Position numbers and translations under genes: made by a program. DNA of 64,000 nt from Sedimentisphaerales bacterium (lineage in GTDB: Bacteria; Planctomycetota; Phycisphaerae; Sedimentisphaerales; SM23-30), in the NCBI GenBank assembly GCA_963663805.2, contig CAXXMR010000027.1:1-64000 (forward strand), read 5' to 3'. Every line of letters starts with the position of its first letter. Position 1 is the stretch's first letter. The notes under the pieces were generated by a model. That model was not told the DNA's origin and did not search any database. It was given only the letters and a program-made list of their open reading frames with translations. Below are positions 20,538 through 31,993 of this stretch, piece by piece.

Positions 20538-23021
20538 TTACGTTGTAATTTCTGTAACAAGTCCGATTTGCTGAGCAATCGGTGTATATAAATCAACTTT
20601 AGTCGAAGGAGTACTGATTGTTATTATCAGTGAATACCTACATTTCTTCTCAGCAAAACCAAGATGTTTTCGCTCTCTCCACCATCCGGTCACAGGAAAG
20701 ACGGCAACTTGGCCGCATTCTGCTAATTCTACGGCAGAGGTAGTCCACCAATCACAGTGAACAGAGCCTTTTGTTCTTAAGCGAGAACCGATAGACCAGC
20801 TAATTGGATCTGTTGTAGACGGACGTTCTTCTTTCTCATCCCATTCGTGACTACTGATTCTCTGCTTGAACACACTTTCTTTTTCAACCGGACCTTTAAG
20901 CGCAAAACGCAAGCCATGTGAAGCGTATCGGAATTTAGTCCCCCAACCTCGACCGGCTGGACTTGGCTCAACAAAATACGAAAGAGTAATTTTTACAGTC
21001 ACATCTTGATCACCTAAACCGTCCAATGCTTGTTTTGGCCACGGCAGTGAATGCAGAACAAAATGATTGGTTTTCGCATCTTTTCCATCCATCATGAAGG
21101 GCTGTATAGTGCCCTGATGGATAAGAGATACATTATTTTGAATGGTGTGTCTCGCTTTTTCTAAGTTCGGAACACCATACCCAAAACAACGAAGCCTTCG
21201 GTGTTTATCTACTTCTCGTTCGCCAGGAATTTGTTGCCTCATAGCATCTGTCCACTCTGCCGAATGAACCATCAATGCCCGAATTGTTTCTGGCCAAAAA
21301 CTTGGGTAGTCTGCCATTAGAATTGCCGCATAACGTGCAGCCTGAGCCGTTGCAGCACTTGTATCGCTTGTCCATGATAACAAGTGACCAGTTCGATCAA
21401 GGGTAGTTGTCAAAAGAGCAAGATCATCGCACCCATCAACTTGCCCGGAAGGTGAACTTACATAATTTCCACCTTCCATCACAATATCAGGTTTGATTGG
21501 CCATATGTGATTATTCCACGAGCATGAAGTTCGGCTTGTTGGACACAAACCGCCCCTTGGCGCCAAAGCCTGATAACCATCGAACTCTCTTGATCGAATT
21601 TGAATCCTATCTGTAAAAGCTCCTACTGTCAGAGCATTCCAACTTTGAGCAGGGTCTTCAATGTTTTTTGCGAGATTGCTTTCTAAATACCTGTAGTTTG
21701 TGTCAGTTTGTGTATCTCTTATGTTTCCGGCAGAAATCACATATAGCCTTTGGTCGCCATCAGATTTTCCTGAAGAATGCTGGTCTACAGCCCCTGACCA
21801 TGATGATGGCCTACCATGGTCGCGTCCTTCATCGCTCGAAGTAATCGGAAGACAGGCAACTCTACGTCGGTCCGGTTTTTGACTCTCTGCTTTTTCTAAA
21901 CTTTTCTGAGTAACATAGCCCCAAGTGTCCTCACTATGAGGATGGTTTGTATGAAGCATCCGAACTGATTCTAAGTGGTGCGAAAGTTGTAATTGATGGT
22001 TATTGGCCAATAATTCAGGGAGCTTATCTCCATACAAAACAAGCCCCGCCATTTCAGTGCCGTGTGATTGAATGTGATCTACAACTGGCCATTGAGGGTC
22101 ATATGTTTGTGCATCATCATCAGATATTAAAGGTCGTATTAGAGGATGCTCAGTATGTACTCCATAATCAAGCATGCATACAGAAGGGGCATTTGGACTA
22201 GGCAAGATCAAACGACTCGCTAAATCGTCAACATACATTTTTTGATCTCGAGGCGGCAGTTGAAGAAATTCCGTTGGAACTTCTTTTGCTTTTCGAAATT
22301 CTGCAATTCTGTCGAGAAGAGGTATAAATATCTGTGTCCAGTCTTGTGTTGAACCATGGGCTAGAAAAACTAATCTTTCAGGAAAGCTTATTGTATGCTG
22401 ACTTATTTGCAAATTTGAACCTGCCGTTAATGCAACAAATTCTGAAAAAACATCATCCGAAATTTCTGTGCTGGAAACTCGAATCCATACTTCCCACCAT
22501 ATACTTTCGTTATTTGTTCTCGGAAATAGATTATCATCATCAGTCCAAAAAGAACGTAATACAGGGTATCGAATGCGCGAAATGCCAGCCACAAGATCTT
22601 CGTTTTTAGGACGTTGCTTGCCTCGACTGTTGTTTTCAGTTTCGTATCGCTCAATCTTTCGAATGAAATTTTGCAGTTTTCCTTCAGGGACATGTATTGT
22701 GGCATGAATTTGATTGCCAATTGTTTTAACGGTTAATACTTCAATGGGTGGTTTAAGTTTAAAATCTTGAAGGCTTTCAATTTTTAGTCCATAATCCTGC
22801 TCTCCGACAATTTCTAAGCAAATATCATGAATGATATGTCCTGTTCGCTCTGCTTCTTGATTAGCTTGTCCAGTTGCTTGATCTATTTCTTTCAGCAATT
22901 TTCTTGCATGAACCCTCCTGTCTCTTGGTGGCACCTCAAATTGCCCTCCACCTATTTGTGTAGATGTGTAATCATGTGGTTGGCCAGGATCATCTACGAT
23001 AATATGTTTACGTTGTAGCAT
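20538..23021 (-). CDS. S8 subtilisin-like peptidase, IetS-like
   Basis: Triad motifs VCMLDYG, HGTEMAG and TSAATAQAA; also SAGN, IKPDIVMEGGN and FGYGVP; no signal peptide; downstream of an AAA ATPase. Confidence 0.85.
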   Translation of the reverse strand: MLQRKHIIVDDPGQPHDYTSTQIGGGQFEVPPRDRRVHARKLLKEIDQATGQANQEAERTGHIIHDICLEIVGEQDYGLKIESLQDFKLKPPIEVLTVKTIGNQIHATIHVPEGKLQNFIRKIERYETENNSRGKQRPKNEDLVAGISRIRYPVLRSFWTDDDNLFPRTNNESIWWEVWIRVSSTEISDDVFSEFVALTAGSNLQISQHTISFPERLVFLAHGSTQDWTQIFIPLLDRIAEFRKAKEVPTEFLQLPPRDQKMYVDDLASRLILPSPNAPSVCMLDYGVHTEHPLIRPLISDDDAQTYDPQWPVVDHIQSHGTEMAGLVLYGDKLPELLANNHQLQLSHHLESVRMLHTNHPHSEDTWGYVTQKSLEKAESQKPDRRRVACLPITSSDEGRDHGRPSSWSGAVDQHSSGKSDGDQRLYVISAGNIRDTQTDTNYRYLESNLAKNIEDPAQSWNALTVGAFTDRIQIRSREFDGYQALAPRGGLCPTSRTSCSWNNHIWPIKPDIVMEGGNYVSSPSGQVDGCDDLALLTTTLDRTGHLLSWTSDTSAATAQAARYAAILMADYPSFWPETIRALMVHSAEWTDAMRQQIPGEREVDKHRRLRCFGYGVPNLEKARHTIQNNVSLIHQGTIQPFMMDGKDAKTNHFVLHSLPWPKQALDGLGDQDVTVKITLSYFVEPSPAGRGWGTKFRYASHGLRFALKGPVEKESVFKQRISSHEWDEKEERPSTTDPISWSIGSRLRTKGSVHCDWWTTSAVELAECGQVAVFPVTGWWRERKHLGFAEKKCRYSLIITISTPSTKVDLYTPIAQQIGLVTEITT

Positions 23022-23041
23022 TAGGCTCCTCCCTAAATATG

Positions 23042-24019
23042 TTATTCATATCGTTGACGTAGTACTATTGCCTGTTTTAATTCGTCGGTTCTTATTTTTT
23101 TCCTGTCATCAAGCACGGCTTGTTTAGCCGCATCTTCACAGGCTTTTACAATTTCTGCGTGGGGCATATTTTCTGCTGCTTGAATTATGGATTTCCAACC
23201 GATTCTCTCCAAAACAAAATTGCTAAGGCGGTTTTCAATTAAATTTCGAACCATAGAAGGCTGAGGTATATTATACCTTAATGTATCGTCAAATCGCCTA
23301 AAAAGAGCATTATCTAAAAAAGTTTCAAGATTGCTTGCTGCAAGAATGATGCTATTTGAACGATCTTCTTCCAGAAACACCAGAAACGAATTCAAGACTC
23401 GTCTAATTTCGCCAACATCCTGTCCCATGCTGCGTTGGGCACCTATAGCATCGAATTCATCAAAGAAATAAACACCCCGCGTTTGCTTCATAGCTTCGAA
23501 TATATGTCTTAACTTTACTGCTGTTTCACCCATATATTTTGTTATTAAGATATGAAACTGAACAGTTAACAATGGCAAGCCAAGTTCACCGGCCAATGCT
23601 GCTGCTGTCATCGATTTTCCACAGCCAGAGGGACCTACCAACAAAATTTTACGTCGTGGGAATAGTCCATGTGAAAACAAACGGTCGGATTGCCTGTACT
23701 CATAAATGACTCTTCCAAGTCTTTCTTCAAGGTCTGTATCTAATACCATATCTGAAAGTCTTGTTTTGGGGAAAGTTGCCGAGAAAAGCCCGCTAAGGGT
23801 ACCGGTCGGTTGAACTATAGGAATAGAGCTTATATTTGATGATTTTTCTTTTTGGTTGTTTCTTGCATCTTCAATCAGTTTACGAAGGTCTTCGGCTAAT
23901 TTTGATTTTCCGGATCTTGCAGCTTGGGCAGCAATTTGGGAAGCAACTGACAAGAACCTTTCAGGATTATGTTCAGTATAGCTCTCTATCAATGCTTTCA
24001 GTTGCTGCGCTGTTGCCAT
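23042..24019 (-). CDS. AAA+ ATPase, IetA-like
   Basis: GPSGCGKS, FFDEFDAIG, DVGEIRRVLNSFL, LDNALFRRFD. Confidence 0.88.
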   Translation of the reverse strand: MATAQQLKALIESYTEHNPERFLSVASQIAAQAARSGKSKLAEDLRKLIEDARNNQKEKSSNISSIPIVQPTGTLSGLFSATFPKTRLSDMVLDTDLEERLGRVIYEYRQSDRLFSHGLFPRRKILLVGPSGCGKSMTAAALAGELGLPLLTVQFHILITKYMGETAVKLRHIFEAMKQTRGVYFFDEFDAIGAQRSMGQDVGEIRRVLNSFLVFLEEDRSNSIILAASNLETFLDNALFRRFDDTLRYNIPQPSMVRNLIENRLSNFVLERIGWKSIIQAAENMPHAEIVKACEDAAKQAVLDDRKKIRTDELKQAIVLRQRYE

Positions 24020-24061
24020 TTAGTTTCCTTTGATATGACGAGAAAGTATTCTTATAACACC

Positions 24062-24265
24062 TTACATGTGTTTGGTAGCCATTGGGTTAGCAACTTTCAG
24101 CAAAAAATCCTGTAAGTCACTTTTTCTGAACATACGATATTCATTGGCTGGGTTATGAAAAACGGGGATTTTCCCATCACTTGCCCAAGATCTGATTGTG
24201 TTTGGAGAAACACCGAGTATTTTGGCAGCTTCACTTGTTAGCACATAGTTATTTAATTTTTCCAT
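24062..24265 (-). CDS. Small MerR/excisionase-type HTH protein heading the defence operon
   Basis: TSEAAKILGVSPNTIRSWASDGKIP..NEYRMF; ATG at 24265. Confidence 0.75.
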   Translation of the reverse strand: MEKLNNYVLTSEAAKILGVSPNTIRSWASDGKIPVFHNPANEYRMFRKSDLQDFLLKVANPMATKHM

Positions 24266-24392
24266 AAGGCGTCCAGAGAAAATCAATTGCATCGAAACAC
24301 TAACAAAGTATAACAAACCCTGCAAATCATGCAACTGCTTTTTTTGGGGTACTTCTACAAAAAAAAGGGGGGGGGAATTATGGGTCTCAAAG

Positions 24393-24520
24393 GTGGATTA
24401 TAACCCAGATAATTTCAGCCGGGATTTAAGAAATGTAAATCGGAAAGCAAGATTAAAATGGGCCTGTCTGGATTACAGGCATACTTTCGGCAGCCTTCAC
24501 CTGTGGCAGTTTCCCTGTAA
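24393..24520 (+). pseudogene. Remnant of an integrase 3' end
   Basis: YNPDNFSRDLRNVNRKARLKWACLDYRHTFGS closely matches integrase 2, then jumps to an integrase-2-like tail. Confidence 0.85.
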
Positions 24521-24664
24521 AGATAAAACAACCACCCGTCCGGGCCACGTTCCGCTAAAGCGGCTTTCGCTGTCCGTCCGGGTGGTTGTAGCGTGTTCAG
24601 AAAAAAACGGGCAACAACTTGTCTGGTTGCTACCCGTTCAGTTAATCACACCAACTCATATTTG

Positions 24665-27600
24665 CTATGAGGCTGTTTTACTTACAGAAGATAACTCGGA
24701 TTTCCATTCTGTCAGGAGTTCATCGAGCCAGTCGTAAAGCATTTCTAAGGATTTCTTATACTGGTCTTCGGTAACCTCTTTCTGGAAGTCGGGGTTGGTT
24801 AGCCAATCGTTTTCTATGATTTCGATTATATCTTCGACCATTAACATAGTCTCGTAAGTGGTGTATTCCCGTTCGGGTTGATTCTTTTGCCATTTGGCCT
24901 GGCGGTTGGATTCGATTTGTTCGTCGGTCAGGATGGTTGCTTCGGGGATTGACGCGGTGCGCATCATGGCGACGGCGGTAGAGTCGGAATCATACCAACA
25001 GGCTTGCCAGAGCCAATAACCGAAAGTTTCGGCGTTGGTGGAATCTACGAAAATCATTAAATCATCGAGGTCGATATATTGGTTGTTGTCGAGGTCACAA
25101 CGAGAATCCCAATTATCGTTGGGGGTGTTGGGGTCTCCGGTATAAGTGGGGTCGTAGTTGCTCCAGGCTTTCTCGAACAAGGCAAACTCCTTGAGGTTTA
25201 CCACGCCATCGGCGTTATAGTCCAGAGTGCAACTTATGCCGGAATCGCAGGAATAATATTCATCGGCTCCCATATCTACATAAGTACCATTGATACGGTC
25301 TTCGTTGTCGATGTCGGTTTCGCCGGTTATTACGTTGGTATTATTGCCGGCGTCGATACAGAGCGAATTACTGGAAAGGTGGAAGTTGCCAAGGGTTTCA
25401 TCGGCATAGGCGAAGCAAGGGTCGTCAGCGATATTATAGTCATTGTTGGGAATAGTAACATTTTCTATACAGCTATCAGTGGCAGTAATAGAAGCAGGAA
25501 GCTGGGTGCCACTGCTATTATTACCCCAGAGAATATTGTTGACTGTGTAAAGATATGGCAAACCAGCTTGATTGGTATAAATACCCTGATTGTCATTATA
25601 GACAATGGTGTTATTGCGAATCATTGAAGATGATGAGCAGGAGCTAATAAAAATACCATATCCGGCATTATGGTGTATCCAGCAATTTTCCAGCAAAAGC
25701 ATTTCCGCATCAACATAAATACCGTACAGGTCATTATGTGCGATAATACAATGATCTACGGTCAGGGTATTGTTGTTTCCGGTTTTGATACCATATCGAC
25801 CGTTATCAGTAATACGGCAATTTCTGATAGTAACATCGCACGAAGCAGCGATACTGACAGCATCATAAGAAGCGTTAATCAAACTAAAACCATCAATAAT
25901 GATATTCTGGGCATCAGCAGCGATACTTATGATATTACCAAATTGATTTGCTCCGCTTAGATAAGTGCGATAATGAGCGGGGTGGCGTTCCGACAGCGTG
26001 GTTTCATTACCGAGAAAACCACCGTAAAGCGATACGCCGGAAGGAATGGCAAAAGTGCTGTTTAGATAGTCAGGGGTATAGGTACCGGAGGCAATCCAGA
26101 TTTCATTGCCGCAACCATTGGCGGCACGACTAAGAGCGCTATGGAGAGAATTATAGGCATTGGCCCAACTGGTGCCGGTATTATATCCATCCGCAGAGTT
26201 ATCAACGTAAATAACGTCGCCGCCAAAACAGCCAACCGGGGTTTCGAGGGATTCTCGACGATAGACCAGATCGGTTTCGATTATACAGATATTAGCGATG
26301 GTGGTAAGCGGTTCGGTCGATTCATTGATGATAGTATTCAGGGTGATGGCAGAGCAGGGATCGGTATCTGCCAGTGTGCCAATATTCCATACCCAGGCGT
26401 AATATTCCTCAAGGAAGTTACTATATTGCGGTGTAGAAGAATCGTAATCGGTTTTGGTGCTGAGATAGTCAGTCAGTTTGGTGCTGTTGTGGTTATTACC
26501 GGCTGGACCATAAGTAAGGGTGTATTGCAAAACATCGTTGTAACCGGGGTAATTATTAGGGTCATTACGATTAACATTGTCGGCCTTGTTGAGGTATATT
26601 TCCATATCCTCCGGGGCCGAGGCACAAATCATTTCGCGGGGCGTACTTGAGGAAGTTGTGTCGCCGGTTCCAAAATCACCGTTGTTATTAGTTCCCCAGG
26701 CGTAGATCATGCCGTGGCCGTCAATGGCGAGATGGTGAGTGTAGCCATCGTCAATGGCGTTGATATTTTCCAGATAGCCGGAGCGGCTGAATTGTTCACC
26801 ATCCGAAACCAGTTGAGGGTTATTGCCGGACCACTGCCAGACAAAACCAAAACTGTCCAGAGCAAGGAAGTGACTGTTGCCCGCACCGATGGCAATAATA
26901 TCTTCGAGATAGGTTGTCTCCATATCTCCACCGGGAACTTTTGTCGGTGCGGAACCGGGGGACCACTGGTAAACGTGTCCGTCCCCGTCGAGAGCCAGCG
27001 AATTGTTACAGGAGGCGATTTCGACAATGTTTTCCAGATAGCCCGACGGGGTTTCCATGTCGCCGTCAGTTACCCGATAGGCAAAAGGATTGCCGCTGCC
27101 CCATTCCCAGACGTTGCCGTTTTCGTCCAGTGCGAGGGAATGAGCAACTCCGGCGTCAACTTCGATGATGTCGTAACCGGTATCATAGCCAAGATATAAT
27201 ATGCCAAGGTTCGGGTCGTTGGCGGTTACGACTTTATGGGGGACATCCCGGTAATCAGGTGTACTGAAAGTACCAATACCCAACTGTCCACTATTGTTGT
27301 TGCCCCACGCATATACATAACTATCACTTGACGCCGCCAGCGAATGCGTGCCGCTGCGACCGGCAGAGATACAGGTTATGTCTTCAAGATGACCACTGAC
27401 GCTGCCCTGTTGGCCATCGTGAACAAAAATAGGAGATAAAATGGACTCTGTAGCATCTTTACCGGCAACATAGCATTCCAGTCCTTTCTTCATGAAGTGT
27501 TGTTGTAGTTCGTAAACGGCCTTGGGACTGCTCGTCACGCTGCATATCAATAGCCACCCGCTGGCTGATATTGGTTTGAGTTCGCACTCGATAGACACTC

Positions 27601-29354
27601 TTCTGCATTTTTCGATGGCGGCGATAGCCCCGTTCAACCGCGTTGGACGTTGACGGCAGTTGTGAATCATCAAGGAAGGTCAACGCCTTTTCGATATTGG
27701 GGGTGAACAATTTCTTAAGAGTCTGTCGCAAGGTTTTGAATCGCCCAATTCGCCGGCGTAACACAGCCAACTTTTCCAATGCCGTTTCCGTTCGACAACG
27801 ACGGTCAAAAAGACGATAAACCTGATCCATGATCGAGCGTAAATTTCTCAGGTTTGGCAAGCCTCTGGTTATATGCAAAAACTTCTTCTTATCCTTCGAA
27901 CTCAATGAATGTTGTACAAATAAATATCTGTGCTCAAACAGATCGGCAATTTTCTTTTCCTGTTTCTTCTTGCGTGATGCCGCTTTCTTCGCGGAAGAAG
28001 ACGATGGACGGCCACGTTTCAGCTTGGGCAACTTTGCCTTGAGCTCTCGTCGTACTTTCGTAACAGCTTTGAGTATTTCTCTGTTGATCTCCTTGAGGAC
28101 ATGAAATTCGCACACCTGATGAGCAGCGTCAGGAAATATCAGCGCCAATGGCTCCGGATATAAAGGCGAGCCGTCGGTCGTAACACCCCGTAATGTCAGC
28201 GTTCTTTGTACCAGTTCGGTCCGAAACCGAAAGGAAAAGTTTGTTATATCTTCATGAGTGGGATTATGGTCAAGAACCTCGTAGATGAGCCGTTTGAAGG
28301 TGTGGTTATCCACTATGGATAAGACGCAGAATGGCCCATCATATAATTCGTCCGCTGCAATATAGCCGGAGAAATCAGCCAGAACACCATCAAGGTACTC
28401 AGTTGTAATTCGTTGCTCAGCTTTTTTTCCCCGTCGCCTCAACCCAGTTTTGAATTGTAGCCCAAGGGACAAAAACTCTGTGGTCTCGCCACAAGTGCCA
28501 TGATGCCGGGCGGTACGGCAGGCCGTCCTCCACAACCAAACGCACGGCCAGGTGAACAACCCGACGGGTATAGTGACAGCCGGGGTCCGCAAGATCAGTG
28601 AGGTCGGCATTGAAGTATCGTTTGCATTTTGAACAACGATGCTGTGAATAGCTGACCCAAATCTCGATGGGACGGTTGGCAGCCAGGTCTCCGAGGTCAT
28701 GCAGTTTTCGCCTGAAGACTTTGTCTCGATACGACGAGTGGCCGCAATGGGGGCAAGGACGCTTTTTGTAGGTGCGTGAACGCCGTTTGATTTTTGCTTT
28801 CGGTAAATCTTCAACACCAGTAATACCTTCGGTTATATCGGATACGTATTCGCCTGGCCCAGCCATAATCGTCTCTCCTGGAAAATTCCACTGGTCTGTT
28901 CTTCCAGGAGTTTTATCGGCTAATTTGCGAAAATCTCATTAAAAATGCCGGTATCTATGCTACAGTCTCATAAAATGTTATTATTATAAGAACCATTGCC
29001 TATTTGACCGTAATTGTCTCCGCCCCATGCGTAAATATAACCATCTTCATCAAAAGCAAGTGAATGATACCAGCCAGCATCTACGGCTATAATGTTTTCG
29101 AGAAAGCCTGAAGATGTATTCATTTCGCCATCATGAACAGAAACTAGGATCGTTGAACTACCGTCATTACCATTTCCTAACTGTCCGAAACTATCGGAAC
29201 CACAAGCCCAAACCGTTTTGTCTTCCATAAGGGTTAATGTGTGATACTCTCCACCTGAAATAGCGGAGGCTTTTAGGCATGTATCTTCAGCGCTGAGATT
29301 ATATGAAATCCCAAATACAAAAAGTACTATTGACATTCTGAGTGTGCGCACCAT
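24665..29354 (-). pseudogene. Large secreted RCC1-repeat / beta-helix / dockerin-like protein, split by an IS at 27444..28969
   Basis: RCC1 repeats (HSLAL..G.V..WG.N..GQLG) in both halves; rejoining gives GSYNNNILSPIFVHDG; C-terminus closely matches 10313..13051. Confidence 0.85.
27444..28969 (-). mobile_element. Mutator-like (IS256-related) DDE insertion sequence, 1526 bp; transposase in two ORFs (28417..28866 and 27459..~28430)
   Basis: IRs GACTCTGTAGCAT / ATGCTACAGTCTC; 8-bp duplication ATAAAATG; motifs ADELYD, TTDG, QVCEFH, TSNAVE; N-terminal CxxC..CxxC. The family assignment is tentative. Confidence 0.8.
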
Positions 29355-29400
29355 CTCTGTATCTCCTTTCAAAGAGGTGAAATGTAAGTAAAAGGATTAA

Positions 29401-30048
29401 TTAATGTTTACGAAATCTGATTAAAATGTTTCCAGTGGTCAGTAACAATAAAGTTAGCGGTTCAGGAACCAATACGGCAGATGTTACAACGGCAGATATA
29501 GTCAATGATTGTTTTTCTGTGTCAACATATCTTGTGCCATCAATAGTAAGATGATTCCATGACCAATCTGTAAGATTTGGGGCACCAGTGAGTATGGCAG
29601 TGTTTTCGAGGGCAAGCATTGTATCATCATTTAATTGCCAACTAATAAAATTTATTGGCATGTCTGAGACGGTAACATTGTTTTTGCTTACCGCATAAAA
29701 TACATCTCCTCCGTATGGGCTGTCATTTGAGATTGAAACATCAAAATTGCAGTTTTGGGTATTTGTTTCAAATTTTAAATTGCCAGCTTCTAAGAAAATT
29801 CCACATGGTGCAAAGTCAAACTTGTATTCAGCAAAGTTAGTTTCCTGAATTGATGGAGTGACATTACTTTCATAGGCATACCATCCTGTTATTTCGTCGC
29901 CAACAGATGCATTTCCACCAAGGATTCCGGCCTGATCTATAATGTCTGTAATAGTAGCGGTGATAGCCACTTTAATAATAGACGCTTGGATTGTTGGGGC
30001 TATCAAGGCCAAAGTCAAACCTACAAGAAAAACAATGCTCTTTTTCAT
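29401..30048 (-). CDS. PEP-CTERM surface protein, paralogue of 13156..13764
   Basis: Signal peptide; AVLVPEPLT plus hydrophobic stretch and basic tail; shares internal motifs with the element 1 protein. Confidence 0.88.
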   Translation of the reverse strand: MKKSIVFLVGLTLALIAPTIQASIIKVAITATITDIIDQAGILGGNASVGDEITGWYAYESNVTPSIQETNFAEYKFDFAPCGIFLEAGNLKFETNTQNCNFDVSISNDSPYGGDVFYAVSKNNVTVSDMPINFISWQLNDDTMLALENTAILTGAPNLTDWSWNHLTIDGTRYVDTEKQSLTISAVVTSAVLVPEPLTLLLLTTGNILIRFRKH

Positions 30049-30158
30049 ATCAAATCCTCCGTAATAGTGTAATTGTTAAGTTTCCATCCTGATTATACGT
30101 GGTGTCCAGTCTATTTGACCAGGTGTTTTTTACTTTTTTGTGGCAGTGCATAAAATAA

Positions 30159-30805
30159 GGGCACCGCCAAACGCCATGCTTCCCATTGGCCCGCTAGAGC
30201 CTGTGAAGAACACACGCCAGCGATGCCCAATGCCAAATGGCAAATGGGCACCTACCGGTCGCGATCCTTCACGTTTTAAACTAGCGGTTCATGGGAAGAC
30301 GCTCACTGGTAATAGTGATTCACCTATTCAAATATCAAAAACGGCGCATTTCGCCTAAATTAACGCTCCTAAAAAAATACAAACCACCTTCCCAAACTTA
30401 CGACTTCCTGTACTTTATCAGATGTTTAATCCCATTGCAAGAGAAAAAACTTATTTTTTTGTTACAGCAGCCCCGACCAACTGCTGTAACTATAGGGACT
30501 TAGCGTCCTTTGTGCGCAAAGGGGGACGCCGCCTCAATTATGCCAACTCAAGGCCCGCAAAAGCCCGGTAAGGTCATAAAAGCGAACGGCGCCCTTGTAT
30601 CAAAATACACGGGCACCGAGCCTTTCAGACTACCTTACCTTATCTAATTTTGCGGTTTAGAGTTGGCAGTTTGAAATCTCAGTGCAAGACGATTTCTGGT
30701 ATTAAATTGTAATTATGCTCGTTTAAGCCAAATAAATCTCCTGAAAGAAAAATCGTATAGTAATGATTATGACGATTGGGTTTTTATGATTCAAGTGTTT
30801 TTTTA
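30159..30805 (-). other. Structured intergenic region directly downstream of the secretin gene (IG-region-like)
   Basis: No long ORF; multiple hairpins; homologous to 14108..14750. Confidence 0.65.
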
Positions 30806-31993
30806 GGAAATCCTATAACTTTTTACCCAAATTTGTACAGTGCCTTTTAGGTCAGACTGGGATTTAAGGATGTTCAATATGCCGGAGTCGGTAAAAGAGC
30901 GGGTGGCTTTTTTGACGCTGCCCAGCAGATAAACGCCACCGGTTTTAATATATGCGGTGGTAGTGAAATCCTGCGAATTGGTGATAGGGGCCGAATTTTC
31001 GACATAACCGACCACTGACGAAATAGTGATACTAACACCCAGCTTACAGGTATCAATAGTTGATTCACGGACGGAACAACTAAAATCCAGCCCGGTTTGA
31101 ATATATTCAAAACCTGAGGTTGAGACGGTGCCATTATCTGAAACTACCTTTTTAGGGACCGGGACACGCTCACCAGAGGAAAACTGAGCATTGCCGCCAT
31201 CCATCAGAACAAACATAGGCCGGGCAATCATGTTAATATTGGCTTTTTCTCGTTCTGCCTTTAGGATAGCATTTAATATGCCGTTGGCGGCTGCGTATGA
31301 ATTGCTTAGTTTGGTGCTTTCGGCCAGATTGAGGGCCAGTTCACTATCCAGCGTGAAATCAACCCCAAAAGTCTCTGAGAGTTCGTCCCGTAGGTCCACA
31401 ATGTACATCTGGACCACCCAGCTATTAGATGGGGCCGAGTCTATACCGTCGAGCATTTCCGAGACACGCCGGAGAACTTCGACGGTATCACCAATTACCA
31501 CCAAACCGTCATTATAAGCAACTGCCCGGCCATGCTGAGAGAGCAGCGACGTAATGGCCTGCTGGAGATCGTCGGCCCGCATACGCTTTACCACTCGAAC
31601 CAGTACCCCTCTGTCCTCTGGCTGTAATGTACCCAGAAAATACAAATTGCCGGTTTTCGTGACCTGTACGCTCAACCGCCGGGCGACCACGCCGAGTATA
31701 TCAGATACCGTCTGGTCCTGTACTTCGACGCTTACCGGCTTTTCGTCCAGATCACTTTCACATACCACACTGACCCCGGATTCATTACTGAGCCAGCGCA
31801 GGAACATTTTTAAGGATATATCCTGACAGGACAGGGTTAGCAGCGTTTCTTTATTTCTGCTGTCAGATTCAGTCTCGGAGGTTTGCTGCAAGGCTTTATA
31901 ATACTGCTGAAATTCTACTTTGGTTTCGAGTTTTGGTAGTTTGGAACAACCGCAAACCCAAACAGAAAATATAACGATCATCAATTTACGCAT
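30803..31993 (-). CDS. Secretin (pIV/GspD-like outer-membrane extrusion channel)
   Basis: Lipoprotein-like leader; N-domains; secretin-core pattern RPMFVLMDGGNAQFSSGERVPV..FEYIQTGL..TTTAYIKTGGVYLLG. Confidence 0.8.
   Translation of the reverse strand: MRKLMIVIFSVWVCGCSKLPKLETKVEFQQYYKALQQTSETESDSRNKETLLTLSCQDISLKMFLRWLSNESGVSVVCESDLDEKPVSVEVQDQTVSDILGVVARRLSVQVTKTGNLYFLGTLQPEDRGVLVRVVKRMRADDLQQAITSLLSQHGRAVAYNDGLVVIGDTVEVLRRVSEMLDGIDSAPSNSWVVQMYIVDLRDELSETFGVDFTLDSELALNLAESTKLSNSYAAANGILNAILKAEREKANINMIARPMFVLMDGGNAQFSSGERVPVPKKVVSDNGTVSTSGFEYIQTGLDFSCSVRESTIDTCKLGVSITISSVVGYVENSAPITNSQDFTTTAYIKTGGVYLLGSVKKATRSFTDSGILNILKSQSDLKGTVQIWVKSYRIS

Noticed and set aside
24359..24375. A8-G9 homopolymer tract as a phase-variation site
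   Set aside because: Intergenic, at a recombination junction, with no clear promoter spacing effect.
24665..27673. 1002-aa ORF taken as a complete gene
   Set aside because: Its first ~76 residues come from the IS; the real N-terminus is at 28970..29354.
10313..29354. Diversity-generating retroelement or shufflon to explain the paired cargo genes
   Set aside because: No reverse transcriptase, no adenine-specific template/variable repeat pair and no invertible cassette repeats were seen.
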